Shown piece by piece: positions 24,775 through 38,614 of a stretch of DNA of 64,000 nucleotides. The notes under the pieces are model-generated. The model was not told the origin of the DNA. It saw nothing but the letters and a program-made list of their open reading frames with translations, and made no database searches. Origin of the DNA: Octopus sinensis. Taxonomy: Eukaryota. Both the position numbers and the translations under genes were made by a program. Every line of letters starts with the position of its first letter. Within the stretch, counting starts at the first letter, position 1. The DNA is taken from NCBI RefSeq assembly GCF_006345805.1, contig NW_021832602.1:1-64000 (forward strand), in the 5' to 3' direction.

Positions 24775-25650
24775 AGACCACGGTAAAAACCGAACAAACG
24801 TCACTTGATCTCGATGCACTCCACGCTCGGTGATCTTTTTACGAGCCCACACAAGATCACACCGGGCACCTGGCCGCATTTGTCGGGGCATTTGCAAACA
24901 GACTGAGGTTCAACTTGATCAGGTCTTCCAGAGGAGTCGGACCGGAGCGTTTGTTCTCGCGTGGTCAACATTCTGTTAATCTGTGGGCCCTTTGTTGGAC
25001 CTCATCGATTTTTCTCCTTCTGGACCACAATAACCGCAAACCCCATGGGGTTCAAAGTATTGACGGCGTAGGAAATGGACGGTTCAAAGTATTGACGGTA
25101 AATATTCGCCAATACCGGGTGGGAACCGTTTTTTCATTAACCGGATAGGCTTCTGAGCACGTTCATTTTTTTCTTAAATTTACGAAAAAGGTTGTCTGCG
25201 TGCGGGGAGAAGCAGAGGTGCATGTCGAGGGTTACCCTCAGAACCGTCTGGCTCTGTAGAAGGGTACGGACACATTATTCAGCTTCAAGTCGTCCGGAGC
25301 CCTTCCCAATTTTTTGTCAGATGTGAAAATGGACGTGACGGTGTTTACCACGAGTCGATTGTCGTTAGCCTTTGGTTGAGCCGATCCAGGTTAGCTTGGA
25401 AACTTTCAGAGGCCTTCTGGATATCTTGGTCCCGTCAGGCTAATACGATGTCATCCGCATATGAAAGGACAACATCATTATTGTCGAGGGAGGACGGGAG
25501 ATCTTCTAGGAAAAGGATGAAAAGGGCCGGAGATAAGGGTGATCCCTAGGGTATTTTGTTGGGCAAGAGACGAGACGTGGACTTAAGGCCTCCGATCACA
25601 CCCTTCTTCTTCGTCCACTTAGGAAGTTGACGATCCATAGTTTGAGTTTC
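24775..25650 (-). mobile_element. Jockey/I-group RT fragment
   Basis: VPRDHPYLRP/SYADDI region, LRVTLDMHLCF; closely related to 49970-50730. Confidence 0.75.
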
Positions 25651-25687
25651 GGCGGAAATTTTTTTTTAGGAAGAAAATATGAAAAAG

Positions 25688-26625
25688 TTAACACGAGTTT
25701 ATAAAGAGCCTGGAGGTCAGCTCAAAGACGCTGCGTATCGAGTGGCAGTTTCCGCGGAGCACCGCGACCGAGATTCGCTGGAAGAGCCAGCTCGTCTCCC
25801 TCCGGTCGTTGGTCTTTCTGGCAATCCTCCTGGCAATGTCGGTAAGAAGGCGAGTCGCAGACCTGTCGACGATTCGAGATGTTTCGAAGGCGAGGGGGAC
25901 AAACTCGTAAGAGTCCGAAATACTTTCATACTTCGTCCTCTTAGCGTCCTCAGCCTGAGCACTGGCAGAACCCGGGTTAGTGATGGACTTGAGTAACATC
26001 GTCGTGGAGAACGAGTCAACACAAATTGCATCCCAAATCAGGGACTTGCCTTCACTGAAAAAGAAGGTAGTCATCCCGTCAGGACGCTTTCCATCATTCC
26101 GACAGAGACCGACTGGCTCTAGAGTGGAAGGGAAACCTTCCGATTCTAGTGCCCTTTTGACGACGTCATTGAGGTTAGTGTGGCGAGGAATTTTGCCAGC
26201 ACTCTTCTTGCACGATAGGGCGTGCAAACCGTTCGGCGAGATTGTGGACCCGCACCGGCATGAGTGGGGCTGAAGATGTCCAGGCCCAAGCGCAAGCAAA
26301 CACCAATCCGTAAGGATTCGTCGTCCAGAAGTAGTCCCGTACTAGGGGTAGGGAGTGCTTTGAGCCAGTCTCCCGTATGCGGCTGGCAAGAGCAGTTTAG
26401 AGATGCCAGTTTGGCTTGGTCCAACTTTGACCGAAGTTTGCACAAAGTGCCTGACCAAAAGATTTCGTCCCAGTTCTTTTGAACTGAAGGGATCGTCGGA
26501 AAATCCAGACCGAGTGACAACCAAATACGGGAGGCTGATGAGAATTCGGAGAGCTCGTTAAGTTCGAGAGAGGGAAAAAGAACCGAGCAGACCGAATTCC
26601 TGGATGCCGAGGTCGAAGAGAGATA
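25688..26625 (-). mobile_element. CRE-like 3' fragment (same subfamily as 3098-4316)
   Basis: QPHTGDWLKALP, KRPDG, WDAICVDS, PLAFETS, WLFQRISVAVLRGN. Confidence 0.9.
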
Positions 26626-26629
26626 GCAA

Positions 26630-29220
26630 GGACACTCCAGTCACGTGACACAGAATCATGGATCCGCCTTTTCTGTTTTGCACCTCTTGGACTTGGAACT
26701 TCTGTGCACTCTTCAGAAAACCGCAAGTCTTTGGCTTCTGAAATTAAAACGCATCTAAAATCCCTCCTTGAACGCCCTATTGAGGAACTAATTGATCAGC
26801 CTGAGCGGCACGACGAAACTAATCGGCCACGCTTGGGAGATGAGAAGGAGTGGGTCAGAGGAGAAGTTTCTCGTAAATTCATGGTGGGGGACCTGCGGGG
26901 AGCACTCCGTGCTATTTCCAACGACGGCAAAATTTTGCCGACGACACCTGAGATCTTGGATCAACTCAAATGCAAGCACCCGTCGGCCCCGACGAATGTG
27001 CGGCCGTTCCATTTTATAAATTCCACACTGGATGCGAAAACACTTAAGGAGGAGATACTCGCATGCATTTCCTCTTTCAATGGGGGCAGCAGTGGCGGAA
27101 TCGATGGCTTGCGTCCGAGCCACCTGAAGGATTTGGTTTCGGCCTCAGCGCACGAGGCTGGCCGGCTCGCTTACAGCTCTGGTCCAGCGCATAATCGAAG
27201 GGGACATTCCCGTGATCGCTAGGGAGCTCCTCTTTTCTGCCCATCTTCTTGCTTTCGGCAAAAAAGACGGTGGGATACGTCCAATTGCTATTGGCAACGT
27301 TTTTAGAAGACTTGCTGCTAAAGTCGCTTCACGAAGGGCATCACAGAGACTCAGCTGCGAACTTTCGCCACTTCAGCTGGGTGTGGGAATCCCAAATGGT
27401 TGCGAAGCTGCAGTGCATGCAACCAGAGAATTCTTCTAGCAAAAAGGGAACTCAAATGGTCCCGGAGTTCTAGCTATAAAACTAAACATTAAGAATGCAT
27501 TCAACAGCCTGAGGAGAGATGTGATTCTCGAAACCTGCTTAGAAAGGGCTCCTGATATTATCGGCTTGGTTCACTTGGCATATGGGTCAGACAGCTCTCT
27601 TCTTTTTGGAGATGAAATTATTAAATCGTGCACAGGAGTTCAGCAGGGCGACCCTATCGGTCCACTGCTGTTCGCCCTCGGCATTGACTCTGCCGTACGG
27701 AAAGTCGATTCTTTTTTCAACCTGTGGTACCTCGATGATGCAACCATCGGGGGCCCCTCTGATACTGTGATTGAGGATATTTTCAACAACATAATTCCCA
27801 CCCTTTTCAACATAATTCCACCCTTCGTGAAATTGGACTGGAAGTAAACGTCAGGAAGTGCGAGCTTATAAATATCTCTTGCTCGCACGAAAAATTCGGT
27901 TCCGCACTAAACAAGCTGCAACTTCGCCTGCCGGGGCTGACAACCACACCCATTGATGATGTTCTATTCCTCGGCGCGCCCATGGGCCAAATCCAACTTA
28001 AGAAGTCGCTATCTGAGAAAGCCAAATGGGTCACTGATTTCACAAATAAGCTCATGTTGCTTGATTCTCACTACGGATTTTTCGTGCTCAGAGTAAACCT
28101 CATGTTGCCAAGGCTTCTATACTTGCTGTGAACTTCAAACTGCTCAATACAATCTGACATGCTTCAATCGCTCGATACTTCTCTGAAGTTGGCCGCTGAA
28201 AAAATCCTAAACATATCCTTTGATGACGCTGGTTGGACTTGTTGCAAATTACCTCTACGCCTTGGCGGAGTTGGACTCCGTTCACCTCTGGACATGGCTC
28301 TTCCTGCATTCCTCTCCTCACGTGCGAGCTCCCAAGCCCTCATCACCCAAATCCTACGTAACTCTCGCGGATTGGAAGAGGACCGGGTTTTCTCTGGAGC
28401 TTGCGAATTCTGGAAGGGATCTGGATTGGCCATTCCATCTAACATTTCACACCAATGGGAATGGGATGATATCTCCAGCAAAGCTAAAATGGAAGCAATC
28501 AGACCTACATTGGATCAGCATCGCCTCGCTTGTCTCGGTGCCGCTGCCAGACCTGAAAGTGGGGCGTGGCTTAATGCCCTCCCTTGCTCCCAATCTGGAA
28601 CCCTTCTCGATAATGACTGTGTGAGGATTGGCGTAGCAATACGCTTGGGACTTAATGTCTGTTCGGGGGGCCAATGCCGATGTGGTAGTAAAGTCGATAC
28701 CAAAGTACTACATCCTTTGTCATGCAGAAGGAGTGCTGGCCGTGCTCCCAGACACTCCGCTATCAACGAGACTATTTCGGCTGCGTTACAAGCAGCTGGA
28801 TTCCCGACAGAACTGGAACCCGTTGGGCTTGACCGTGGAGACGGTAAACGCCCAGATGGAGTCACCATTTTCCCGTGGAGTAATGGGAAATGCCTCGCGT
28901 GGGACTCCACGTGCACAGACACCTTCTCAAAGACCAATATAGTTGACTCCGCGATCAGTCCAGGCTCAGCCGCTGAGAAGGCTGAGGTACATAAAGTTCA
29001 GAAATATTCCAACCTGTTGGACAACTTCATCTTCTCCCCAATATCCGTAGAAACCTCCGGGGTCATGAGCCAAAAATCGTTCGAACTCGTCGGGAAAATC
29101 GGGAATCTGATCTCGAGAAGACGGAGAGAGCCTCGGGAGAAGCAATGGTTGTTCCAAAGAATATCCATTGCGATCCTGAGGGGCAACGTCTTCTCGATCA
29201 TCAGTAGCTTTAGATTGTGA
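26630..29220 (+). mobile_element. Near-complete CRE-like RT-RLE ORF, pseudogenised
   Basis: WIRLFCF, SSGGIDGLRPSHL, IRPIAIG, GVQQGDPIGPLLF, WYLDD, CRCG..LHPLSC, KRPDG, RISIAILRGN; several stops and frameshifts. Confidence 0.95.
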
Positions 29221-29711
29221 TAATTATTTTCGATCTATTTAGAATTAATTTATTTTCTGGAAGTTTTTCCCAATAACTGGAAAAAAGTAAATTTAAACCA
29301 GTAAATTTAGATCATGCTCGTATGTTCCATACAAAAGACATTTGAGTGATGGTGATTTTAAATAGTTTTTATATCCTATTATTTTGAGTTTTAGATAAAT
29401 ACCCTAATACGCACCTCGATTGCTGTTTTTTCTTACAGTTAGTCAGCGAGAGGCGCTGGACTGTCTACAGAGCCAGAGAAGTCTACAGAGCCAGAGAAAG
29501 AAGAAAGGAGGTGCGTTTAATTCCACCTCCTGCTTACTTCGAAGGCTCATGACTTTAGTTACTTTCTTTTAATTAATACAGAGTTATTTTGATTTGTATC
29601 AATTAAAACGTCATTAAATCCCAATAATTAAGAAATAATTGACCATTTACAAATGGCCTGACGACATTAATTAAATATATATTAGGTTTATTTTGTAGAT
29701 ATATTAGAACC

Positions 29712-31802
29712 ATGGAAAATAAAAAAATATCGGAATATTTCATTCGGGTCGCATCACAAGATTTTGAGGATTACCCTGAATGGGATATTGCCTCAGAACT
29801 TCCAAAAATTCCATTGCCGAATATCGAAATCACCATTTTTAAATATTTAAAAGCCTTAAAACCATTAGTTTCAGTGACAAAGTTTTGTGAATCAGAAAAA
29901 TTTGCTAACAATTTCCTAAAAGACTCTGAAACCCAGCGTATCATTTCATTTTTAGAAGAAGAGTACAGAAATACTGATAATTGGGTTAGATATTTTATGT
30001 ATATTAAGGCGTCAAAATTATGGAAAGAAAAGTTTTATTTAAGCAATTCAAATCCTCTTCCAGTAAATTCTAATCCTGCAATGGTTCTAAAAATAAGAAA
30101 ACATCAATCTCGGAGCAATTTTGTGCGATACATTAGCAATTTCATATTGGGAATCTTAGAATTTATCGAAATACTCAAAAGGTCTGGTTTTCTAAGATTT
30201 TAGTGGACTTGTCCCTGTGGACAGAGCAAATACACGGCGCAAAGGCCAGCCACTGTGCATGGATCAGTATAAAAGGCTTTTCAAGTCTTTTCGACGACCA
30301 AGACCTGATGTTGACGAATCACGGATTTATTCAATGTACGAAGAAAATGACCACATAATTATTTCCTACAACAATAATGTAGAAAAAAACATAAACAATT
30401 TTAGTTTTATAAAGTGAATACCACAATCAAATCCAAAAAAACGTCTATTTATAATTTAATTAACACTATTAATGAAATAATGGACGACTGTCTCGGACAT
30501 CCAATAGGAGTACTTACCGCCCTTGACCGAAAAACCTGGGCAGAAATATATCAACTGATGTTAGAAAGTAGATTACGCAAAAAATAATTCCAGACTCTGA
30601 AAATAAAAATTCCATAAAATTAATAGAAGAAAGTTTATTTTTAGTCGCCATCGACGGGATGGGAACATTTGATAGTGACGCTTCAAAAATGGGAAAACAC
30701 ATCCTCCACGGTGTTTCTTCCAGGACTACGTGCAATCGTTGGTTTGACAAAACCTTGCAAGTATTTTATGTTGTCATTGTTTGTTTATTTTTGCTGAAAA
30801 TGGGGTTTCTGGAATAAATTGGGAGCATTCTGCGTCAGAAGGATCTGTTGTTGCCAAAATGATGGAACATGTTACTAATTATATGTGATTGATGTCATAA
30901 CCATTTGACTTAGGGAGAATATCGAGACAAACGACACCAGTGAAAAGCATGGTTGGGAGAAACTGAAATGGAACATCAATGACAAGTTACTTACAGGAAT
31001 CAATTTGGGAATTGCAGATTCTGAAAAGTATTCTAGAGTGTTATATTCACAGAATGAAAAAGAATTTAGATTTAGTTATATATGAGTATGTAGGCTATGG
31101 AAAAGACTTGATTAAGGAATTTGGAAAGAGTCCTGATGCATATATTCAGTTGGGTCTTCACTGCGCCTACTATCGGTATTTATATTATTTACTAATCGCA
31201 GGACTCATGGACATCTGGTCAATTCTTACGAAAGTGGCTCTACTAGACGGTTCAGGCTTGGAAGAGTTGAAAATATTAGATCTGCAACCAATTTAGTTTT
31301 GGATTGGATAAATGTTTAAAATAAAAATATTTTTTGTAGGATTTTTACAATATTGAGCTATTTAAAAAGGCAATTGACAACCAAGTCTGTATTATGACTG
31401 ACGCAGTTCATGGAAAAGGGATTGACTGCCACTTGTTGGCTCTTGAAGATGTTTCAAAGACTTTAAAAATTAAAAATATAATTTTTTCTGACCCTTCGTT
31501 TAAAATGTTTATGAATAAATTTCCATTGTCCACCAGTCAGGTATTAGTACTTTGTTATTTTCTTAGAATATGATTGACGGGGAGTCGTTTATATGCTACG
31601 GACCAGTTACAGCTGACGGCTATGGTGTATCATACAATCCTCGTAAATCTCAGATTTTATTTTGCATTTCCAGTTTTAAGGTTTTTAAAATTATAGTTTT
31701 TTGTAGAATAACGATAAATCGAATTCTCATATATTTACTAAGAATATCCAAACTGCCTTTGATGATATTCGTGACTTGTGCAATGCGGATAGACAGATTT
31801 AA
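29712..31802 (+). CDS. CHAT: Choline O-acetyltransferase-like (choline/carnitine acyltransferase family), multi-exon
   Basis: [31 protein letters not shown], catalytic [52 protein letters not shown]; the VEN motif is ChAT-type, whereas carnitine enzymes have TET/TDT. Confidence 0.8.
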
Positions 31803-32129
31803 AATAGCATTTAATATTCATTAAATTACCAATATAATTCTTTGAGAATTATTTATAAGAAAATCACTCAGGTGATTTAACACTTGCGCAATACATGCTT
31901 CAGAAAATAAGGCTCTGAAAGAATTAATGAAAATTTTTTAAATCTAAAATTAAAAAATGAACAATGGCAAATTTGTATGTATTATTATAAATTTTATCTC
32001 AATTTTCTTTCGGCAATCAATAAAAATTGCTATTAAAAAAAGCAGAGATGAAAAGACCCTACTTTGCTTTCAGATTTTTACTTTTAACTAGCTTAGTAAT
32101 TAAAAATTAAAATGACTTGAAAAATTTAA

Positions 32130-35100
32130 TTAACATATTTCGATCATTCCCAGTAATAGCTAGATATTGGCGATATATCTTGTCCTGTCGATAAGTGACT
32201 GCTGCAAGTCGACTAAAAGCCTTGTTACTTCTTTAATATTTCTAAGCGGGTGGACTTTAGTAAAATGATTTCCATTCCCTTCGTGAAACTTCAAATATTT
32301 TGATTAGAAAACATACAGTATCAACGGTGTACAACTCAAATTCGAGTTCTTTTATAGCCCGAGCAAAAGAAGCGTTGTTTTCAAAAACATTAAGTCTCCC
32401 GTTAGCGATGTGCCGACTATCAATACAACGACCATGAATACATTACACTGACCAAACTGAGACCAACGTGGCAAAGTCTCCGTATTAAATCAGTTGACGA
32501 AGGCTAAATTTGACTAATAATTAATTTACGGATTCCATGGTTTTTTTTGGATTGTTCTGTACAATAAAAAACTGTTCAATTTTTTCTACTAACAATCCAA
32601 GATTTTCTGGTAGCAGGGCTGTGTTTGTTAAGTCCAATTGCCCTTTCCTCAAAATAATATTTTTTTATACCAAGAAGTCCACTTGTTCAATATATTTTGT
32701 ATTTTTTTACATTCAAGCCCTAATTCTTTATATTTTCCATCGTCTCTATTTTGAGAAGTAAGCTGTCTTGTGTTTTTTTTACTTAGAACAGTTCTTAATG
32801 ATGTTATTTCTGTTTCTTGTCTATGCAGACTGTCCATAAGACTTGTTACAGTATTATTGTGATCCTACTTAAATGTTACTTTTTTATAAAAACCGCATTT
32901 GTCTTCACTAGGATATCCCGTATACTTGTAATTTCTTTTTCTGCTTCTTCTTTTGCTATCTTAATCTCTTTATTACATGATATTGTTATTTCGTTTTCCT
33001 TAATAATAAGTTGATTTTCCAGTTCAGAATTTTTCTGCAGTTTTAAAAAACATTTTACAGTTTCTGCTTCTTTGAGTTTTTTTTGGACAGAAGATAGAAT
33101 TTCATCTGAATTATTTCGACTTTGATTGAGTTCCTGCATCAATCTACTTATTTCACTTGCATACGATTCCTCTTTCATCAAAAAATTGTTTTGGTTTTTA
33201 TTATTTTCCTCTTCTAGTAAACGTTCCCATTTCTTTCTCTTAACTCTGAATAAATGTTCATTTACGTTGTTTTCTTCTTCAGCCTCGTTTCTTAAAATGA
33301 GATCTTGTGCTGACTCAACGTCCTTTTTCAACTGAGCAATGATCGCTTCTTTATTCTTTTTAATATAGTCAACTAAACTCTAACCTTTAGTTCGGCAGTC
33401 AACTTGCTTTGGAGTTCCTGAAGTGCTAATTCTAAATCCTGACGATACTTTTTGCACATTTCCATATAATATTGGCGCATGTTTTCCAGTGCATAGGTTT
33501 TTTCTGCATCACTAGAGATCTTGTGATTGAAAAGTTGGGTCTGGTGCTGTGAGTGAGTGAGGTGAAGCTCTTGTGTCAATTCGCTCGTTTTTTCAGTGAC
33601 TCGCTGGAGTTCGACTTTTTGCTGAGAAAAAAGCTCAGAAAGTGCTTGTAGTTCATTTGCTCTTTTTTGAGAGTCATTTTTCAATTTTTCTGTTTTTTGG
33701 GATTCGTTAAAAAGTTCAGTCGTTAAACGTCCGACTTCAATTTTTAATTTTTCTCTTTCATCCATCATAAAATGAACATTTTCTTCCAAAATACACTTTT
33801 CTCGAGAACAATTTTTTAAAGAAAATAATGAAGCTTCTGTTTCTTTTGTTTTCTGTCGAAAATATGTGCACTCTTCTTCTAGACGTGAAACTTTTTCTTT
33901 AAATATTTTTTTCTCGAAATTCCCACTTTCTTTGATTTTTTTAACTTTCTTTAAATTATACAACTCCCTTAACATTTTCCAATTCTTCAATTCGGCCTAT
34001 ACTCAATTCGTATTCTGAATTTAAAGTCTTGACTTTTTTCTCAGAGTCTTTTAACTCTTCACATTTTTCACTCAGCTTTTTTTCTACTTCGGATAAATTC
34101 TAAAAAATTATAGAGAATTTTACCTGTTCTAAACAATCAATTTTATTCTTTTCTTTCGCATTCGCCTCCTCCTGGTTTGTTTTAAGTTTCTCGATAACTT
34201 TTCTATCCTCTGTTTCTCTGTCGTTAGCGACTTTTTTAAGGCTGGCAACTTGTGATTCGAGAATTTTGTTTCTTTCATTCAATTGTACCTTTATGTGTGT
34301 TTTCGTAACAAACCAGTTCTTTCGAAGCTGAATTTAAGTTGGAAAGTTCCTCTTTCTTTGATTCAAGTAGAGACTCCATTTTTTGGACTTGAGTAGAATA
34401 TACTCGGAGTTGCATCATTTCTTTTTTTACATCATTGTGTATAGAATTTAGTCTCTCTTCTTCAAAATTTCGACGCGTTCTTTTTCGCTTATTATATAAT
34501 TTATACAAAATAGAGTCTATTTCTCTCTGAATCCTTCGAACGTCCCTTCCTGATGATATGTCGTAATTAATCTTTTTTAGATAATATTCCAGTACCTCTC
34601 TGCTGCTATGTAAAGAGAGTTTCTCATCCTGAAATGATATTAACATCTCAAACGTGAAAATATTCTTCGCAATACATCTTAGTTTTTGCCTCACCATTAT
34701 CACACGAAGGTTCATCAAAAACTAATGCTATAAAATAATGATGAAAACCATTATTGAGTAGTGAACGATCTGTTATTCCTTTATTTATTTTCTGAAGTGA
34801 TAATTTAGCAGCATCGCTCACCATCGAATCTTTATGATTAAAAATTAAATTATACCCGTGTCTAATCCATCCATATCATTGTTATTATTTTTGATAAACT
34901 CTACCTGACTCCTTTTTATTCTTTCACAGCCGCTTGTTTTTGCAGACTTAAACGGAAGTTCGCAGTCATTTTTTGAATAATTGTTCGATAATTTGCTCAA
35001 GTTGTTATTCGCTACCACTATTTTTGCATAAAAGTCGTCCTCGTCAGTTATCGTGTTTTTTACAGGAAATAGGGTGTCTGTGTTAATTATTATAAATTCA

Positions 35101-35183
35101 AATGAACCTTGAACTTGTGTTTGATAAACTTGATCAAATTTATATGCAAAATCCTCAGTTTTTATAGACTCTTGATCACTCAT
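32130..35183 (-). CDS. Long coiled-coil protein, unassigned, multi-exon
   Basis: Chain of E/K/Q/L-rich minus-strand ORFs (34845-35183 down to 32649-32837) separated by short AT-rich GT-AG gaps; 3' end uncertain. Confidence 0.65.
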
Positions 35184-35909
35184 AAATTAAAAAAATATAG
35201 ATTATTCGCATAAAAGTCATTTAAATGTGTTGCCAAGATACACGTCAAAGTCCGATACCTTATTGTTTAATTTTTTGTTACTGCCTTGACAACAAATTTT
35301 AACTCCGTTTACCGTAGCTCTTCTGAAATCAAAACTTCTTGATAATCTTCTTTAAAACAAGTGTCTTTATGAGTAACCTGTTTTTTCTGACGAAGTATTT
35401 TCAATAAATGTACTGAATGCACCACAAATATAAAATTTTCGAATTTACTAAAAATCGATATTTCCAAATGATTAAAGATAAAATTCAATAAGTTGATGTC
35501 AAATTTTTAGTAAAAAATTTTATATATTGGAATCCTTTGACGACATTTTCTTAATTTATCATCCAGAAACTTTATTTAACCATGGTAAGGTTTGATTTCA
35601 TCTACCGTGAAAATTACATCTGATCAAATTTAATTAAATTTATGAACTTTCTGATTGTATCGACTACGTTTAACACTTTTGTAGCAAAGCCTCTGTTTAT
35701 ACAGAAATTTCATATATTATTATCAGCGCTGGCGCAAGATGAAAACGACACGTTGGCATCTTGTTTGGGCCGGTCACACTTTTTTAGGCTAATATTAATA
35801 AAAGTTAACTAAACTATTTTTTGTTATTTGTGGTTTCTCTATTTGATAAAGGTTTCATTTTCAATGCGATAAATTAACCAACTCTAAATTAATCAGGAAA
35901 ACTCTAAAG

Positions 35910-38351
35910 CAGGAGTGCGCAAGTGCGGCCGAGAGTCGATGAATGTGCGGCCGTGGGCACAATTAGGTCATCGAGCAACTAATCTTAAATATAATGCTCA
36001 TAGTGTTATCAACTGGGAAAGTGAATACTTCGTAGTCGAAACAGACAACAATAGCATGCAATGCTTATTGTGCCATGAGATTGTGAAAACTATAAAACGG
36101 GACAATGCTAAACAACATTTTCAAAGACATCTAGACCACCTAGTTGTCAAGTCCATATATTATAATTTGAATATATCTTTGCAAGGTAAGGACCAAACAA
36201 TTTGTCGAATGTATAAAAAATTAACGATTTTATGGATACATGCCGCCTAATGAAGATTCACATAGAAAAAAATGAATTATTTCATTTTCAAAAAGTCAAA
36301 AATCTCATTGATGACAAAATAATTAATTATGACGATCTTACACCAAATACATTTAATACTATATTCGATTATATTTTGAAACAATTTGAAGAGCGATTTA
36401 ACGAATTAAAAAAAATGAACTCAAACTTCAATTAACTGTAGCACACATACTGTTTCGATTGAGAATGTGCCATTGGAATTTCAAATTGAATTATTGAAAT
36501 TAAAAAATGATTTAATTTTGCAATGATTTAATCAGCGACAGATTATCCAAATTTACGTGAAATGGCAAGAAATATTCTCGTTTTATTCGGATGTACATAC
36601 ACTCCTCGCCAAAAAAAATGATTCAAAATTCATATTTAGTTTTTCTTTGAAAATCTTATAAATATTCTAATTTCAAAAAACTTAGTAGATTAGTTGTAAT
36701 TATTATGATTTAATTTTAATAAAATATTTGCTAATTACATTAATTTGGAAAAATTAAAAGCACAACACACAATATGTTAGTATATGTCAGTGACAAAAAA
36801 AAAAGATTCAAAATTAAAAACTTTGTAATTAATATCTGGTATTTCTCCTCCTTTTGCCATAAAATATCCAACAACGTTTTTTCATAGATAAAACAAGTTT
36901 TTCAATATAATATTTAGGAATATTTTCCCAAATATGAAGAAGTTCCTGCTTTAATTCTTCAGATTTTTTCAAATCGATTTTACTAGTTCCGCTTTTATAT
37001 GAGCCCATAAATGCTGAATTGGATTTAGATCAGGTGACTGGGATGGCCAGTCTAGTGTTTTTTATATTTTCTTTATCAAAATAATTCATGATTAACTTCG
37101 CTGTATGACACGGTGCATTATCCTGTTGAAAAACAAGGTCATTAAGTCCCATTTTTGCAACTGATCTCGGTAGGCTGTTGACTAAAAGATTTAAATATTT
37201 TGCAGAATTCAATGTTCCGTCAACAAAACTAATTCTCAGACGCCGTTAAAAGAGAAACATCCCATATCATGATTTTCCCTATTTTTTGTTTTTAAGCCAA
37301 ATCAACCTGTCCCAAATTTCACTGTTGTTGAAACTGTTCTTGAGGAAATTGCTTTATTGGTTAGTTTCGTCATTACACTTGAGATCTCTTTAGATGTTTT
37401 TGTTGGATTTTCTTCCGAATACTTTATCAATTCTTTCAAATCATTTTTATCAAGTATTTTTGGCCTTCCAGATCCTGGTTTCCGATGGATTGTGCCATTC
37501 TTTTTGTATCGTTGGATAAAATTAGACACTGTGGCCTCATGTACCCCAACTTTCAAGAAATTGCCCGAAATGTCATTTTTGTTTCATATAAGCAATAATT
37601 TTTCCTTTTGTAAAGTCATCCATATGCTTTTTCCTAAAATAGAGATATTAAATCGTATAAAAAAAGATATTTGTATAGATAATATTTTTGAATCATTTTT
37701 TTTGTCACTGACATATACTAACATATTGTGTGTCATGCTTTTAATTTTTCCAAATTAATGTAATTAGCAAATATTTTATTAAAATTAAATCATAATAATT
37801 ACAACTAATCTACTAAGTTTTTTGAAATTAGAATATTTATAAGATTTTCAAAGAAAAACTAAATATGAATTTTGAATCATTTTTTTTGGCGAGGAGTGTA
37901 TTTATGTGAGTCTACATTTTCCAAAATGAAATATTTAAAAAGTCAATATAGATCTCGGATAACGGATGCAAACTTAGAGTCATGTTTGCGCATAATGATA
38001 TCTACCCTACCAGTGGATTTCAATAAGCTCGCAAAAAATACCAAAGATCCTGGCCGTCATTAGAATAACTTGTATAATACATTTTTTTAATTAATTTTCC
38101 TTCTTTCTTATCTTTTGTCCATGAAATAATTATTTATTTTAATAATATGATGTCCCTGATGAACGAGAGCATTTCCTGTCTAAGAACTTATTCGGTCTCG
38201 ATGACAATGGGCAACTTATGCGGTCACTTTTAATAATTAAAAAAATTACTATATTAATATCGAAAAAATAATGCAGAAAATGTGCGGCCGTGGAAGAGAA
38301 GGAAAAAAACATGCTATGCGGCCGCAAACCCAAAAAGCTTGCGCACCCCTG
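35910..38351 (+). mobile_element. hAT (Charlie/Buster/SPIN-type) transposon, internally deleted, with 8-bp TSD
   Basis: TIRs CAGGAGTGCGCAAG / CTTGCGCACCCCTG (13 of 14); TSD CTCTAAAG at 35902-35909 and 38352-38359; WESEYF..CLLC..K..N..H finger; LFGCTYLCESTFSKM dimerisation motif. Confidence 0.95.
36600..37898 (-). mobile_element. Tc1 element with ~214-bp IR/DR terminal repeats nested in the hAT
   Basis: TA|CACTCCTCGCC...GGCGAGGAGTG|TA; FQQDNAPCH and RKPGSGRP motifs; removing it restores hAT codons T-Y-L-C-E. Confidence 0.95.
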
Positions 38352-38614
38352 CTCTAAAGCCTATTCCACCAATACAAATCTTAAAATTTTAACTTTTAAG
38401 ATACTCTATCAAATTGTTTTTATTCCTTAAATTATTTTTATTCTAATTTAATTATGAAAAATGGAAGTAATAATCTTAGTTTATTAAATATAATTTATTA
38501 AAATATTTTCTCAAAGTATTCGGTTTATTATCAAAAATCAGTTATCTAAGCAACATACTGTATTTGATTATTAAAATTTTTAATTAGAAATATCCAGAAA
38601 TACAAAATAGGGTA

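Noticed and set aside
25688-29220. Twin-priming 5' inversion of a single CRE insertion
   Set aside because: The two head-to-head parts overlap in domain content and belong to different subfamilies.
38155-38220. Hammerhead ribozyme at CTGATGA
   Set aside because: No GAAA core partner or supporting stems; the HDV-like candidate near 15650 also failed to pair.
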